Assembly (NCBI GenBank): GCA_021371795.1
Contig: JAJFVK010000006.1
Coordinates: 23,452-87,451 of the forward strand
Direction: 5' to 3'
Length of the DNA stretch: 64,000 nt
DNA from: Planctomycetaceae bacterium
Lineage (GTDB): Bacteria; Planctomycetota; Phycisphaerae; Sedimentisphaerales; UBA12454
A model generated the notes under the pieces. The model was given only the letters and a program-made list of their open reading frames with translations. It ran no database searches and was not told the origin of the DNA. Below, piece after piece: positions 9,161-18,390 of the stretch (the stretch's first letter is position 1; each line of letters opens with the position of its first letter). A program made the translations under genes and the position numbers.

Positions 9161-10951
9161 ATGAAACTTGACCATAGCCAAATCAGCAGAGTTCAGCAGG
9201 CTAATGACATAGTAGATGTTATTTCGGAGCATGTCAAACTTGTCCGCAAGGGCAGGGAAATGGTCGGAATGTGTCCGTTTCACGATGACCACAAGCCGAG
9301 TATGAATGTCAATACCGATAAGCAGATTTTTAAATGCTTCGCGTGCAGTGCCGGCGGGGATGTAATTAAGTTCGTTCAGATGCGCGAAGGTCTGACTTTT
9401 ATGCGTGCAATCGAAAGACTTGCCGAGCGGGCGGGAATCAAACTTGACTTTGTCAAACGCCCGGCACCCGTGGGGCAAATGCCGGAGGCTGACGCCGCTG
9501 ATGTCGAGAAAGTAAACCGCTGGGCAATGAAGTTCTGGCGCAAAAATCTGCTCGATGCCGAAATCGGCACAAAATGCAGAGAATATATCAACAGCAGAAG
9601 TCTTTCTGAAAGCACGTCCGAAGAATATTCGTTCGGATTTGCGCAGGAAAGATGGGACGACTTTTTGAACGCGGCGCGGCAGAGGAATATACCTGATAAG
9701 CTTATGCTTGCCGCTGGTCTGATAGTTTCCAATGATCAGGGCAATTATTATGACAAGTTCCGTAACCGGCTGATGATTCCGATTGTTGACGCGGCCGGGC
9801 GAGTTGTCGGCTTTGGCGGAAGGACGCTGGGCGACGACCCGGCGAAATATATGAACTCGCCGACGTCGATAATCTTTGATAAAAGCAATTGTGTTTACGG
9901 TCTTGATAAAGCGCGGCACGAGATTGTATCAAGCGGTACTGTCGCGGTCGTTGAGGGCTATACCGACGTTATAGCTGTTCATCAGGCCGGTTGCAAAAAT
10001 GTGGTCGCGACGCTGGGAACGAGTTTTACGTCCGGGCACGCGAAACTTTTGCGGCGTTATGCGAAGAATATCGTTTTGATTTTTGACAGCGATGTGGCTG
10101 GTGCGGCAGCGGCTGAAAGGGCGATGGAGATTTGTCTTGCCGAGAGTATAGATTTGAAAGTTACCGCTGTTCCGCAGGGTAAAGACCCGTGTGATTTTGT
10201 TCTTGCTGCCGGCGGCGACGCATTTAAAAATCTAATCGATAACGCCACTGATGTTATGCAGTATCGCTGGGACAAGCTGACGGAAAAATTCGGCAAAAGC
10301 GAAAACCTGACAGACAGGCGGGCGGCAACGGATGAATATTTGCGGTCTGTCGCGACAGCGGCAAAAGGCGGAACGCTTGACGCTATTACGTTTGGTTTGA
10401 TTGTAAACAGGTTGAGCAGGATTTTGCAGATACCGGCCGACGATATTCGTAGGGAATTGAGCCGGCGAAACGGACAGGGCAGGCAGGCTGTAGTTAATAC
10501 CATCCAAAACGTGAAAGTGTCGAGCGTTGAATTTGAAAGTTTCGGCGAAAAGGCGCAGGCGGAGATTATCGAAGTGCTGCTAAATGAGCCGAGACTGCTT
10601 GAGTCGGCCTCCAAAAGAATCAAGGCGGATGATTTCGACGCGGCAATATACAGAGATGCCTGGCGGATTATCGAACAAACAATGGCTGAAAACGCAGAAT
10701 TTTCACTTACAAGGCTGCTTGCAGGTGTTGAATCTGAAGAATTGGCGGCACTTCTTGTCAAATTGAGCGATAACGGTCAGGATATGGATAAACTGCGGAG
10801 CAGATTGAGCGGCGCGATTGATGCGATGCTGGAATATAAGCATAAACAAAACATAAATCTGAATAAAACTAAAGACGACGATATTCTTCAGAGAATTTCT
10901 GCGATAAAATCAAGGCCGGACAGACGAAACCCCGGTCTCATATCTACTTAA
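9161..10951 (+). CDS. dnaG: DNA primase
   Basis: CHC2 zinc finger [11 protein letters not shown]...[21 protein letters not shown] motifs VVEGYTDV and IFDSD. Confidence 0.95.
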   Translation: MKLDHSQISRVQQANDIVDVISEHVKLVRKGREMVGMCPFHDDHKPSMNVNTDKQIFKCFACSAGGDVIKFVQMREGLTFMRAIERLAERAGIKLDFVKRPAPVGQMPEADAADVEKVNRWAMKFWRKNLLDAEIGTKCREYINSRSLSESTSEEYSFGFAQERWDDFLNAARQRNIPDKLMLAAGLIVSNDQGNYYDKFRNRLMIPIVDAAGRVVGFGGRTLGDDPAKYMNSPTSIIFDKSNCVYGLDKARHEIVSSGTVAVVEGYTDVIAVHQAGCKNVVATLGTSFTSGHAKLLRRYAKNIVLIFDSDVAGAAAAERAMEICLAESIDLKVTAVPQGKDPCDFVLAAGGDAFKNLIDNATDVMQYRWDKLTEKFGKSENLTDRRAATDEYLRSVATAAKGGTLDAITFGLIVNRLSRILQIPADDIRRELSRRNGQGRQAVVNTIQNVKVSSVEFESFGEKAQAEIIEVLLNEPRLLESASKRIKADDFDAAIYRDAWRIIEQTMAENAEFSLTRLLAGVESEELAALLVKLSDNGQDMDKLRSRLSGAIDAMLEYKHKQNINLNKTKDDDILQRISAIKSRPDRRNPGLIST

Positions 10952-10968
10952 TATTTTATGGGAAGAAA

Positions 10969-12837
10969 ATGACAGCAAAGAAAAATACAGATAGCAAGGC
11001 AGTTAAGGGCAAAGAAAAAGACAAAGACCGCAAAGTCAGGATTCAGCAGGCCGCCAAGAATATCGAGGCACTGGCAGCCGCGGAAGCTGCGCTCAAAAAG
11101 GCACAGCCGCAGCAGTCGGAAGATCAGACGGCCGAAACTCCGGCCGTGGCAGAGGCGGCTCCAAAGACTGTCGAAGAAAAGATTAAGCTTCTCATCGAGA
11201 AGGCCAAGAAAAAGGGCTACATCACTTATGAAGAGATGAACAACGAGTTGCCGGACGAGTCCATTTCACCTGCGAGGCTTGAAAATCTGATTATGACGCT
11301 CGACGAGATGGGCATTTCGCTTTTGGACGAAGCGGAAATCGAAAAACAGGACGACGAAGAGGAATTTGAAGTCGATGACGAAGTGTTTGTCGATGAGGAA
11401 GCCGAAACGGCCGAAGATACCGAAGATGCGTTGCTGGAAACCGAACTAATGGACACTGGCAGAATCGACGATCCTGTGCGAATGTATCTGACGCAGATGG
11501 GCGAGATACCGTTGCTGACTCGCGATCAGGAAATTTCGCTCGCCCGTAAAATCGAACTTACACGAATGGCGTTTCGACGCAAAGTGCTCGAAAGCGATTA
11601 TTGCGCAGTTGCCGCTATCGAGATTCTTCAGCAGGTCAGCGACGGCTCATTGCCGTTCGACAGAACAATGAAGATGAGCACTTCTGAAAATCTTATTCGT
11701 TCAGTCGTCAGAAGCAGGCTGCCGGAAAATTTGAAAACTGTAAATAAACTTTTGGAAAAAAACACTAAACTCTTCAACCAGTTCGTACAGGAAGCGAACG
11801 AGACTGAAAAGAAAAAGGCTCATAAGCAGCTTAAATTTAATCGCGCCAAGACAGCGACGCTTCTCGAAGAGCTGAGTCTGCGAACAAGCAGGATTCAGCC
11901 TTTGATGAAAAAACTCGAAGGCATTCTCGGAAAGCTGCATCAACTTCAGCAGCATATTTCGGCAGGCCCAAGCGAAGATTATATGCAGGAAGACATCGAC
12001 GCGATGATGCAGGAATATAACGGGATGCAGGAAATGGTGCTCGAAACGCCGGAGCAGCTTGAAAAAAGACTCAAGGCGGTTCGCGCGGTTTTCTCGCAGT
12101 ATGAACTTGCCAAACGGCAGCTTTCGAGCGGAAACCTTAGGCTTGTCGTTTCTATCGCCAAGAAATATCGTAACCGCGGCTTGAGTTTTCTCGATATCAT
12201 TCAGGAAGGCAACACCGGCCTGATGAGAGCCGTCGATAAATACGAATACCGTAGAGGCTATAAATTCAGCACCTACGCGACGTGGTGGATTCGTCAGGCT
12301 ATTACTCGTGCTATCGCCGACCATGCTCGCACAATCAGAATTCCTGTTCACATGATTGAAACGATGAGCAGGCTGCGCATCGTGAGCAAAGAACTGCTGC
12401 AAAAACTCGGACGCGAACCTACGATTGAAGAAATCGCAGCAGAAACACAGTTGACCGTTTCAGAGGCGCGACGTGTTCTGAAAATATCCAAGCATCCAAT
12501 CAGTCTCGACAGACCAATCGGCGAAAGCGAAGACAGTTACTTCGGCGACTTCATCGAAGATGAATCGGCTGAATCGCCGGTGCAGTCTGCGACACACGAA
12601 ATGCTCAAGGACAGAATTGACGAGATTTTGAAAACGCTGACCTATCGTGAACGTGAAATTATTAAACTGCGTTACGGTCTGGGCGACGGCTACACATATA
12701 CGCTTGAAGAAGTCGGCAGGATTTTTAAGGTTACTCGTGAGCGTGTTCGTCAGGTTGAAGCAAAAGCGATTCGCAAACTTCAGCATCCGGTCAGAAGCAG
12801 AAGACTGGAAGGTTTCGTTGACCAGAAGTCGGCGTAG
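10969..12837 (+). CDS. rpoD: Primary RNA polymerase sigma factor (sigma-70 family, group 1)
   Basis: Acidic region 1.1 insert. Region 2 [21 protein letters not shown]. Region 4 [24 protein letters not shown]. Conserved dnaG-rpoD linkage. Confidence 0.95.
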   Translation: MTAKKNTDSKAVKGKEKDKDRKVRIQQAAKNIEALAAAEAALKKAQPQQSEDQTAETPAVAEAAPKTVEEKIKLLIEKAKKKGYITYEEMNNELPDESISPARLENLIMTLDEMGISLLDEAEIEKQDDEEEFEVDDEVFVDEEAETAEDTEDALLETELMDTGRIDDPVRMYLTQMGEIPLLTRDQEISLARKIELTRMAFRRKVLESDYCAVAAIEILQQVSDGSLPFDRTMKMSTSENLIRSVVRSRLPENLKTVNKLLEKNTKLFNQFVQEANETEKKKAHKQLKFNRAKTATLLEELSLRTSRIQPLMKKLEGILGKLHQLQQHISAGPSEDYMQEDIDAMMQEYNGMQEMVLETPEQLEKRLKAVRAVFSQYELAKRQLSSGNLRLVVSIAKKYRNRGLSFLDIIQEGNTGLMRAVDKYEYRRGYKFSTYATWWIRQAITRAIADHARTIRIPVHMIETMSRLRIVSKELLQKLGREPTIEEIAAETQLTVSEARRVLKISKHPISLDRPIGESEDSYFGDFIEDESAESPVQSATHEMLKDRIDEILKTLTYREREIIKLRYGLGDGYTYTLEEVGRIFKVTRERVRQVEAKAIRKLQHPVRSRRLEGFVDQKSA

Positions 12838-12860
12838 CCATAGAGAAAGAATTTGTTTTT

Positions 12861-12934
12861 AGCCACAGAGAACACCGAGCTCACAGAGATGGTATATAAA
12901 TTAAATCTCTGTGTTCTCTGTGAACTCTGTGGCT
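12861..12934. repeat. Composite inverted repeat built from CACAGAG/CTCTGTG heptamers; likely bidirectional terminator between rpoD and the FAH gene
   Basis: AGCCACAGAG (12861-70) pairs with CTCTGTGGCT (12925-34). CACAGAGAT (12882-90) pairs with ATCTCTGTG (12905-13). Confidence 0.6.
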
Positions 12935-12935
12935 A

Positions 12936-13853
12936 TTATTTTAGTGGTTCGTAGAATTTTTCAGGCTTTGGCCCCAGTGTATTTATAAGCGTTCCGATTT
13001 TTTCAATATTACATTCGATTTTGTCGCCGGCCTTGAGGAAATTGCCCGTGGCCATCGCGACGCCTTCTGGTGTTCCGGTCGCGATAATATCGCCCGGCTC
13101 GAGCGTCATCATATTACTCAAAAACGAAACAATGTCATAAACATTGTAAATCATATCGGTTGTATTTGCGTTCTGTCTAACCTCGCCGTTGACCTTCAGC
13201 GTCATTTGCAAATTCATCGGGTCGCCAATCTCGTCAGCGGTAACAATGCACGGGCCAAGCGGCAGAAAACCATCCGCCCATTTGCCGTTGAGCCAATCGT
13301 AAAATTCGTCCCACGGCCTTTTCTCGCGGCCTTCCTTAAAAGTAACGCTTCTGGCTGAAACATCGTTTGCTATCGTATAACCTGCGATGTGGTCTTTCGC
13401 ATCCTGCGGGCTGACGCATTTTGCGGTCTTTCCAATCACAATCACAAGTTCAAGTTCATAATCGATTTCTTTGCTGTACGCTGGCCATGGGATTATTGCG
13501 TTCGGATGATTCATTACCGTAATCGGTTTAATAAACGGGCGGGGGACTGTATTTTGTCTGGGCGAAGCGGTTAGGCCGAGTTTAAGGCCCGCTTCGATAA
13601 TGTGTTTTGCGTAATTGCCGGCCAGCGCGAGGATTTTACCCGGTTTGGGTATGGGAGCTAAAAGCTCTACCGCAGCAGGATTGATAAATGCGGTGTTTTT
13701 ATTAACGAGCGATTTGGCTTTCTCAATGTTTTGTGGGTAATTGGAGATTATCTCTGTAACGCTGTCGAATCCTGATGACAAATCAATAATACCTCTGTTT
13801 GTCAGGGCGCCAAAAGAGAATACGTCATCTTTTTTGAATGTAACCAGTTTCAT
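12936..13853 (-). CDS. Fumarylacetoacetate hydrolase (FAH) family protein
   Basis: LAGNYAKH, ELELVIVIGK, NDVSAR and GDIIATGTP motifs typical of FAH-family hydratases/decarboxylases. Confidence 0.8.
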   Translation of the reverse strand: MKLVTFKKDDVFSFGALTNRGIIDLSSGFDSVTEIISNYPQNIEKAKSLVNKNTAFINPAAVELLAPIPKPGKILALAGNYAKHIIEAGLKLGLTASPRQNTVPRPFIKPITVMNHPNAIIPWPAYSKEIDYELELVIVIGKTAKCVSPQDAKDHIAGYTIANDVSARSVTFKEGREKRPWDEFYDWLNGKWADGFLPLGPCIVTADEIGDPMNLQMTLKVNGEVRQNANTTDMIYNVYDIVSFLSNMMTLEPGDIIATGTPEGVAMATGNFLKAGDKIECNIEKIGTLINTLGPKPEKFYEPLK

Positions 13854-14064
13854 AGTCTAAATTTACCTTAAATTTATGGTTTTTTCTTGCTTTTATGGGA
13901 CTTTTTATTCATTATACCGATTGTACTATTGCACTCATATCTTAACTTAATGGAAGTCGCCGACGCTCCAAAGCTCGTGAAGCAGAGGCGATAATTTAGT
14001 GAAATGGTATTTGCAGAATAGATTTAAGTCAATGCAAATATGCTAATGGCGACGGAGCGAAGTT

Positions 14065-14790
14065 ATGGCGATAAAAGAATTGATTTCCAGGACAACTAAG
14101 TGGTTCGCATCGAAAAAGAATGACAACGGCTTGTATGAGCCTTTGCAGGGGACGCAATCCAAAAAATCCGGCAGTAATCCTTCCAATATCGTGCCTCTTA
14201 GAACAGAATCCAAACCCGACCGCACCGAAGCACTGCAGATGATTCAAAATTCGTTCGAGCAGCTTGTCGATAAACTCGGCGGTATCAACGACCATCTCGG
14301 CAAACAGGTTGAGCAGAACGCTGAACTGCTGAAACGCATAGATGAAATTCCGCAACTGCTTCAGAATTTTCCGGAGAGTATGAAAACTCAAAAGTTCGTT
14401 GTCGAATCTTTGATTGAACAGCTCAAGTCGCAGGCGTTAAAGAATCAGCAATTTAGTGAGACGGTTGCGAAAATTCCCGCTGCTTCGGAAGAGCAGACCG
14501 CCGCTGTGAAGGAAATGGCCGGTCAGGTTGCCGCTCAAGCCGCGGTCGATACGCAGATTCTTGAGGGTATGCGGAGATTTAACAATATAACTGACAAGCT
14601 CAACGGCAATGTCGCAGAACAGGCTCAAAGCATTAATCAAATGAGCAGGGCGTTTACCGCCGGCGACCAATATCTTAAATATGTCATTAATACACAGCAT
14701 AAGCGGTTTATGTGGGTTTTTGTCGGTGCTTTGACGGTGTGTACGCTTGTGGTAATTGCGCTGTTGATTGTCATTTTTGTGCTAAAATAA
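14065..14790 (+). CDS. Hypothetical coiled-coil protein with a C-terminal transmembrane anchor
   Basis: Long Q/E/K-rich helical sequence, then FMWVFVGALTVCTLVVIALLIVIFVL at the C-terminus. No family recognised. Confidence 0.55.
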   Translation: MAIKELISRTTKWFASKKNDNGLYEPLQGTQSKKSGSNPSNIVPLRTESKPDRTEALQMIQNSFEQLVDKLGGINDHLGKQVEQNAELLKRIDEIPQLLQNFPESMKTQKFVVESLIEQLKSQALKNQQFSETVAKIPAASEEQTAAVKEMAGQVAAQAAVDTQILEGMRRFNNITDKLNGNVAEQAQSINQMSRAFTAGDQYLKYVINTQHKRFMWVFVGALTVCTLVVIALLIVIFVLK

Positions 14791-14854
14791 GATTTCTATT
14801 TACAACTGTTTGGGCGGACAGTAGACTACGCCTGTTCTTTTAAAAAGAAAATAT

Positions 14855-15018
14855 TGATTACGAAAAAGGGAACACGGTTAGAAGCCGTGACGGTCGCGCC
14901 GCTGTAAGCGTTTGTTGACCAAAAGAAGTTGTACCACTGTTTTGAGATTTCAAATTTGAGATTCGAGACGGGAAGGGTTCTTTTGGAGAACGCAAGTCAG
15001 AAAACCTTGTCGGAATCA
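14855..15018 (+). promoter_or_regulatory. Cobalamin (B12) riboswitch aptamer
   Basis: Core AGGGAACACGGTTAGAAGCCGTGACGGTCGCGCCGCTGTAAGCG (14867-14910); CCACTG (14934-39); GGGAAGG (14970-76). B12-box-like AGTCAGAAAACCTTGTC (14995-15011). Candidate P1 TGATTACG (14855-62) / CGGAATCA (15011-18). Collinear with the E. coli btuB leader as I remember it. Confidence 0.85.
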
Positions 15019-15097
15019 TAAATTTGTTGAGAGTTCTCGCGTAAGGAACACCGACAGATATGCTGTGCATTTTGCAGCATCTTTGTTTTGGATTATA

Positions 15098-15136
15098 AAG
15101 CCGCCGTTCCTTATTCGGGAACGGCGGCTTTTTTTG
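15098..15136 (+). terminator. Intrinsic terminator of the riboswitch expression platform
   Basis: AGCCGCCGTTCC-ttattc-GGGAACGGCGGCT followed by a T-run. TAAGGAAC (15042-49) is complementary to GTTCCTTA (15106-13), giving a candidate antiterminator. Confidence 0.8.
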
Positions 15137-15307
15137 TTTTATTAGTTTTGTCCAATTCCACAAAGCGAAATGCTTTTTGAGGTCTGCCATGTTGCGGTCG
15201 TTTAATCACGGCCGCAACAAGACCCAAGTTGGACATCAAGTGCAATTCCCGCGCGGACGGGAAGCAAATTTAATGAAATATAACCTTGTTTTTTGGAGTA
15301 GAAGAAA

Positions 15308-15847
15308 ATGTTGAAGAAGTTATTTAGTTTAGTAATTGTGTTTGCACTTTGCAGTTCAATTTTTGCAATTCCGGTAAATTACGGCGGTATAACAGTTCAG
15401 GTTGAAAGTTTAATCGGAACGGGCAGTAACCAGACAATGATAGTAGTCGATTGGGAAAGCGGTTTGACACAATCTCACGCATGGCTGTATCAGTATAACG
15501 GAACGGCAACAGTCGCCGATGCCTTTGACGCATTGGCGGCGGCTTGTGATTTTGCGTGGTCGCAGAGCGCCTTTGTTCAATACATAAATTACAACGACGG
15601 ACTCGAAAGTCACGCAACTGCGAATCTCGGCTGGCTTTCATTTTGGAATAAAGATTCCGGCGGTGATTGGGCAATGAATAACGATGGCGTTTATGTACAG
15701 CAGCTTGTAAACGGCAGTTGGTCCGGCGCAGTGGCTGATGATTTTCCAAACTGGGGCAACGCAGGGCCTGCAATCCCGACACTTCCTGAACCAATGACAA
15801 TAGTATTGTTTGCAATTGGTGCATTCATAACTCGCAGAAATAAATGA
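15308..15847 (+). CDS. PEP-CTERM-anchored secreted protein of unknown function (first gene after the B12 riboswitch)
   Basis: Signal peptide MLKKLFSLVIVFALCSSIFA. C-terminal PEP-CTERM tail LPEPMTIVLFAIGAFITRRNK. Confidence 0.75.
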   Translation: MLKKLFSLVIVFALCSSIFAIPVNYGGITVQVESLIGTGSNQTMIVVDWESGLTQSHAWLYQYNGTATVADAFDALAAACDFAWSQSAFVQYINYNDGLESHATANLGWLSFWNKDSGGDWAMNNDGVYVQQLVNGSWSGAVADDFPNWGNAGPAIPTLPEPMTIVLFAIGAFITRRNK

Positions 15848-16764
15848 ATTGTAAATTTTTAGTTATTGTTCTTTTCATTACAGCTTTCTGTAAAGCGTAT
15901 AACTACGATGCTAATGATTTTGCGTTCGAGTGTACAAATTATGTTGAAGGGACGGGTGTCTTTGCAGACAGACTTGTGCCGACCGAAAAATTTAATCATC
16001 CGGAAACGGCGTTAGGTCGGCCGACACAGCAAACAACGGGCGATGGATGGTTTATCCCGCCTGGACAAAGCTGTCCTGTTGTACCTGTGTATCCGGCGTT
16101 TCGATATTTCGAGGTTGTTACATTAGGCAGCGGCGGTTCTATAACTTTAAAATTCAACCACCCGGTAGCTAATGACAGAAATAACCTTTACGGAATAGAC
16201 TTTATAATTTTCGGCAATGCCTGTTACAGCCTCGGCAGTAAACAAACCTGGACTAACGGAAATCCTGAAAATACCGTTGTCAGCTCAATGTTTGTTGACG
16301 AACCTGGGATAGTGTCGGTCAGTCAGGACGGCGTAAACTGGTATTACTACGGTTCACCAAAGGCAGATATTTTTGCGCCGACCGCGGGTTATCAGTGGGA
16401 TGATGTAAACAATGTATGGGCAGGTGAACTTAATCCTACAAAACCTGTCAACCCGGAACTGACTAAAGCCAGTTTTTATGGCTCAAGTATTGCCGCTATA
16501 ATAGATGCTTACGATGGCGCAGCGGGCGGAACCGGTTTCGATATAAACGATGTCGGACTTGACTGGATTATGTATGTAAGAATTGAAGACGACGCTGCAA
16601 GCACCGTTTTAACGGATATTGACGCGGTGGCAGATGTCGCAGCGTGCGGAGATTATAAACATCCGTTTCCGGCAGGTGATTTGAATTTTGACTGTCGGGT
16701 AAATTTTGCGGATTTCAGTGTGATGGCAGGAAACTGGCTCGATTGTACATGGGAGTGTAAATGA
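15844..16764 (+). CDS. Secreted protein of unknown function with a dockerin-like C-terminal module
   Basis: Signal peptide. C-terminus GDLNFDCRVNFADFSVMAGNWLDC. ATGA overlaps with both neighbouring genes. Confidence 0.7.
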   Translation: MNCKFLVIVLFITAFCKAYNYDANDFAFECTNYVEGTGVFADRLVPTEKFNHPETALGRPTQQTTGDGWFIPPGQSCPVVPVYPAFRYFEVVTLGSGGSITLKFNHPVANDRNNLYGIDFIIFGNACYSLGSKQTWTNGNPENTVVSSMFVDEPGIVSVSQDGVNWYYYGSPKADIFAPTAGYQWDDVNNVWAGELNPTKPVNPELTKASFYGSSIAAIIDAYDGAAGGTGFDINDVGLDWIMYVRIEDDAASTVLTDIDAVADVAACGDYKHPFPAGDLNFDCRVNFADFSVMAGNWLDCTWECK

Positions 16765-17513
16765 TGACGGAACGAAAATTTCAAAATGGTTTTACGCTCG
16801 TTGAATTGCTCGTTGTTATTTCTATAATAGCATTACTGCTTGCGGTTCTCCTGCCGGCTCTTTCAAAGGCCAGGCAACAGGCGCAAAGCCTTGTGTGTAT
16901 TAGTAAAGAAAAACAAATTATGATCGCCTGCTTTGCGTATATTCAAAATAATAATTATTATTTTCCGCCTGCGGTGTTGGCGGTTAATTTTACCACTTCA
17001 AGTTCCACTTTCAGCTACTGGGATTTTATCGCTGTCAAAGACTGGACAAAAAATCTGGTTACAATCAAACCTGGTATCTTATGGCAAAAACAATTAATAG
17101 ACCAGATATATCAGTGTCCATCCTATAAAGGCGGCGATAATTCAATTGGCGCAGAGTACACCGGCTACAACTACAATACCACTTATATAGGTCATGGATT
17201 CGGCGAACCTGTCGAAATGCCTGTAAAAATTACCGACGTAAGACGTCCCGGTGAATGTGCGGTGTTTGGCGACGGTGGATATGCCAACGGAGCCAATAAA
17301 TTTATGCGAGCGCCATTTGGCGGCGACCCGACTTTGATTGCGGCAGGTACGCAGGCTTACAGGCATCGCATAAAAACCAATGTTGTTTTTTGTGACGGGT
17401 CGGCAGTGTCCAGAAAAGAATGTTATAAAAACGCGGATAAGGCAGCCGAGGGGAATATTGCTGACGGTACAGGATTTTTGTCGCCAGATAACAGTCTTTA
17501 CGATTTGAAATAA
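16761..17513 (+). CDS. Prepilin-type N-terminal cleavage/methylation protein with DUF1559-type H-X9-DG motif
   Basis: N-terminus NGFTLVELLVVISIIALL. HRIKTNVVFCDGS fits H-X9-DG. Confidence 0.85.
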   Translation: MMTERKFQNGFTLVELLVVISIIALLLAVLLPALSKARQQAQSLVCISKEKQIMIACFAYIQNNNYYFPPAVLAVNFTTSSSTFSYWDFIAVKDWTKNLVTIKPGILWQKQLIDQIYQCPSYKGGDNSIGAEYTGYNYNTTYIGHGFGEPVEMPVKITDVRRPGECAVFGDGGYANGANKFMRAPFGGDPTLIAAGTQAYRHRIKTNVVFCDGSAVSRKECYKNADKAAEGNIADGTGFLSPDNSLYDLK

Positions 17514-17546
17514 TTTCTTTCTTTTTTACTTCCACATTTTATAATT

Positions 17547-18296
17547 GTGTCCGTGGATAAACTTTTGCGGACAACATGGCGAGGTATCAAAAATCTTCAG
17601 CAGTTTTTCGGGCATAATTACTGCAAATGCTGCCGAACAATTATTTCTGACGGGGATGAACATTTCTGCTCCGGTTGCTGGTCGCAGTTGGGTCTTTGCT
17701 TTGTTGACGGGTTTTGTACTCGCTGCGGCAGGGAAGCCGGACAATTCGGGGAAGTAAACGGCTGTCCCAAATGCGAAGACGAAATATTTCATTTCGATGC
17801 GATAGCCTGCGCAGGAATTTATCATCCGCCGTTGAGCGAGCTTATTGTCAGATTCAAATTGTCCAACCAAATTTCACTGCTGCCGGTGCTGACGGATTTT
17901 ACGCAGAAGACTTTTTCGCGGATGCGGTTTCCCGGTAAAATCGATTATCTGGTTCCTGTTCCATTGTACTGGCTAAATCATTTTCGCCGTGGTTTCAATC
18001 AATCGCATCTGCTTGCGAGAAGTCTCGATATGCCGGGTGTGAAAGTGAACCGCGATCTTGTAAAGATTCGCCGGACAAAAAGCCAGACGGCCGTTACATT
18101 TGCCGAAAGGCAAAAAAACCTGCTTGGCGCGTTTGCAGTGCGGAAAAACCACGATTTTTCAGGCAAAAACGTCTGCTTGATTGATGATGTCAAGACAACA
18201 GGGGCGACTTTGAACGAATGTGCCAAAGTTTTGAAGGATGCCGGTGCGGCGAAAGTTTTCGCCTTTGTGCTTGCAGTCGCAGGGCAGAAAAAGTAA
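17547..18296 (+). CDS. comF: ComF-family protein (zinc-ribbon plus phosphoribosyltransferase domain)
   Basis: N-terminal Cys pairs (CKCC...CSGC, CTRC...CPKC). PRTase motif VCLIDDVKTTGATL. GTG start. Confidence 0.8.
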   Translation: MSVDKLLRTTWRGIKNLQQFFGHNYCKCCRTIISDGDEHFCSGCWSQLGLCFVDGFCTRCGREAGQFGEVNGCPKCEDEIFHFDAIACAGIYHPPLSELIVRFKLSNQISLLPVLTDFTQKTFSRMRFPGKIDYLVPVPLYWLNHFRRGFNQSHLLARSLDMPGVKVNRDLVKIRRTKSQTAVTFAERQKNLLGAFAVRKNHDFSGKNVCLIDDVKTTGATLNECAKVLKDAGAAKVFAFVLAVAGQKK

Positions 18297-18390
18297 ATTA
18301 AGCACTGAATTTATAAAGATTTATATCGCATTTGTCGATATAACTTGTATATAAAATTACACTTGGATAGTCTGTACAAAGGACGAAGAT

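Noticed and set aside
9134-10761. Minus-strand ORFs of 261 aa and 234 aa (plus several smaller ones) inside dnaG
   Set aside because: They are antisense shadow ORFs of a strongly supported primase gene. The compositions are Ser/Ala/Arg-rich and show no motifs.
14945-14965. GAGATTTCAAATTTGAGATT in the riboswitch variable loop resembles GATATTTCAAATTGAGATTT upstream of ssrA (34573-34592)
   Set aside because: It is a short AT-rich similarity with mismatches, most likely chance in an AT-rich genome.
14858-15190. A 110-aa minus-strand ORF
   Set aside because: It lies entirely over the cobalamin riboswitch and its terminator.
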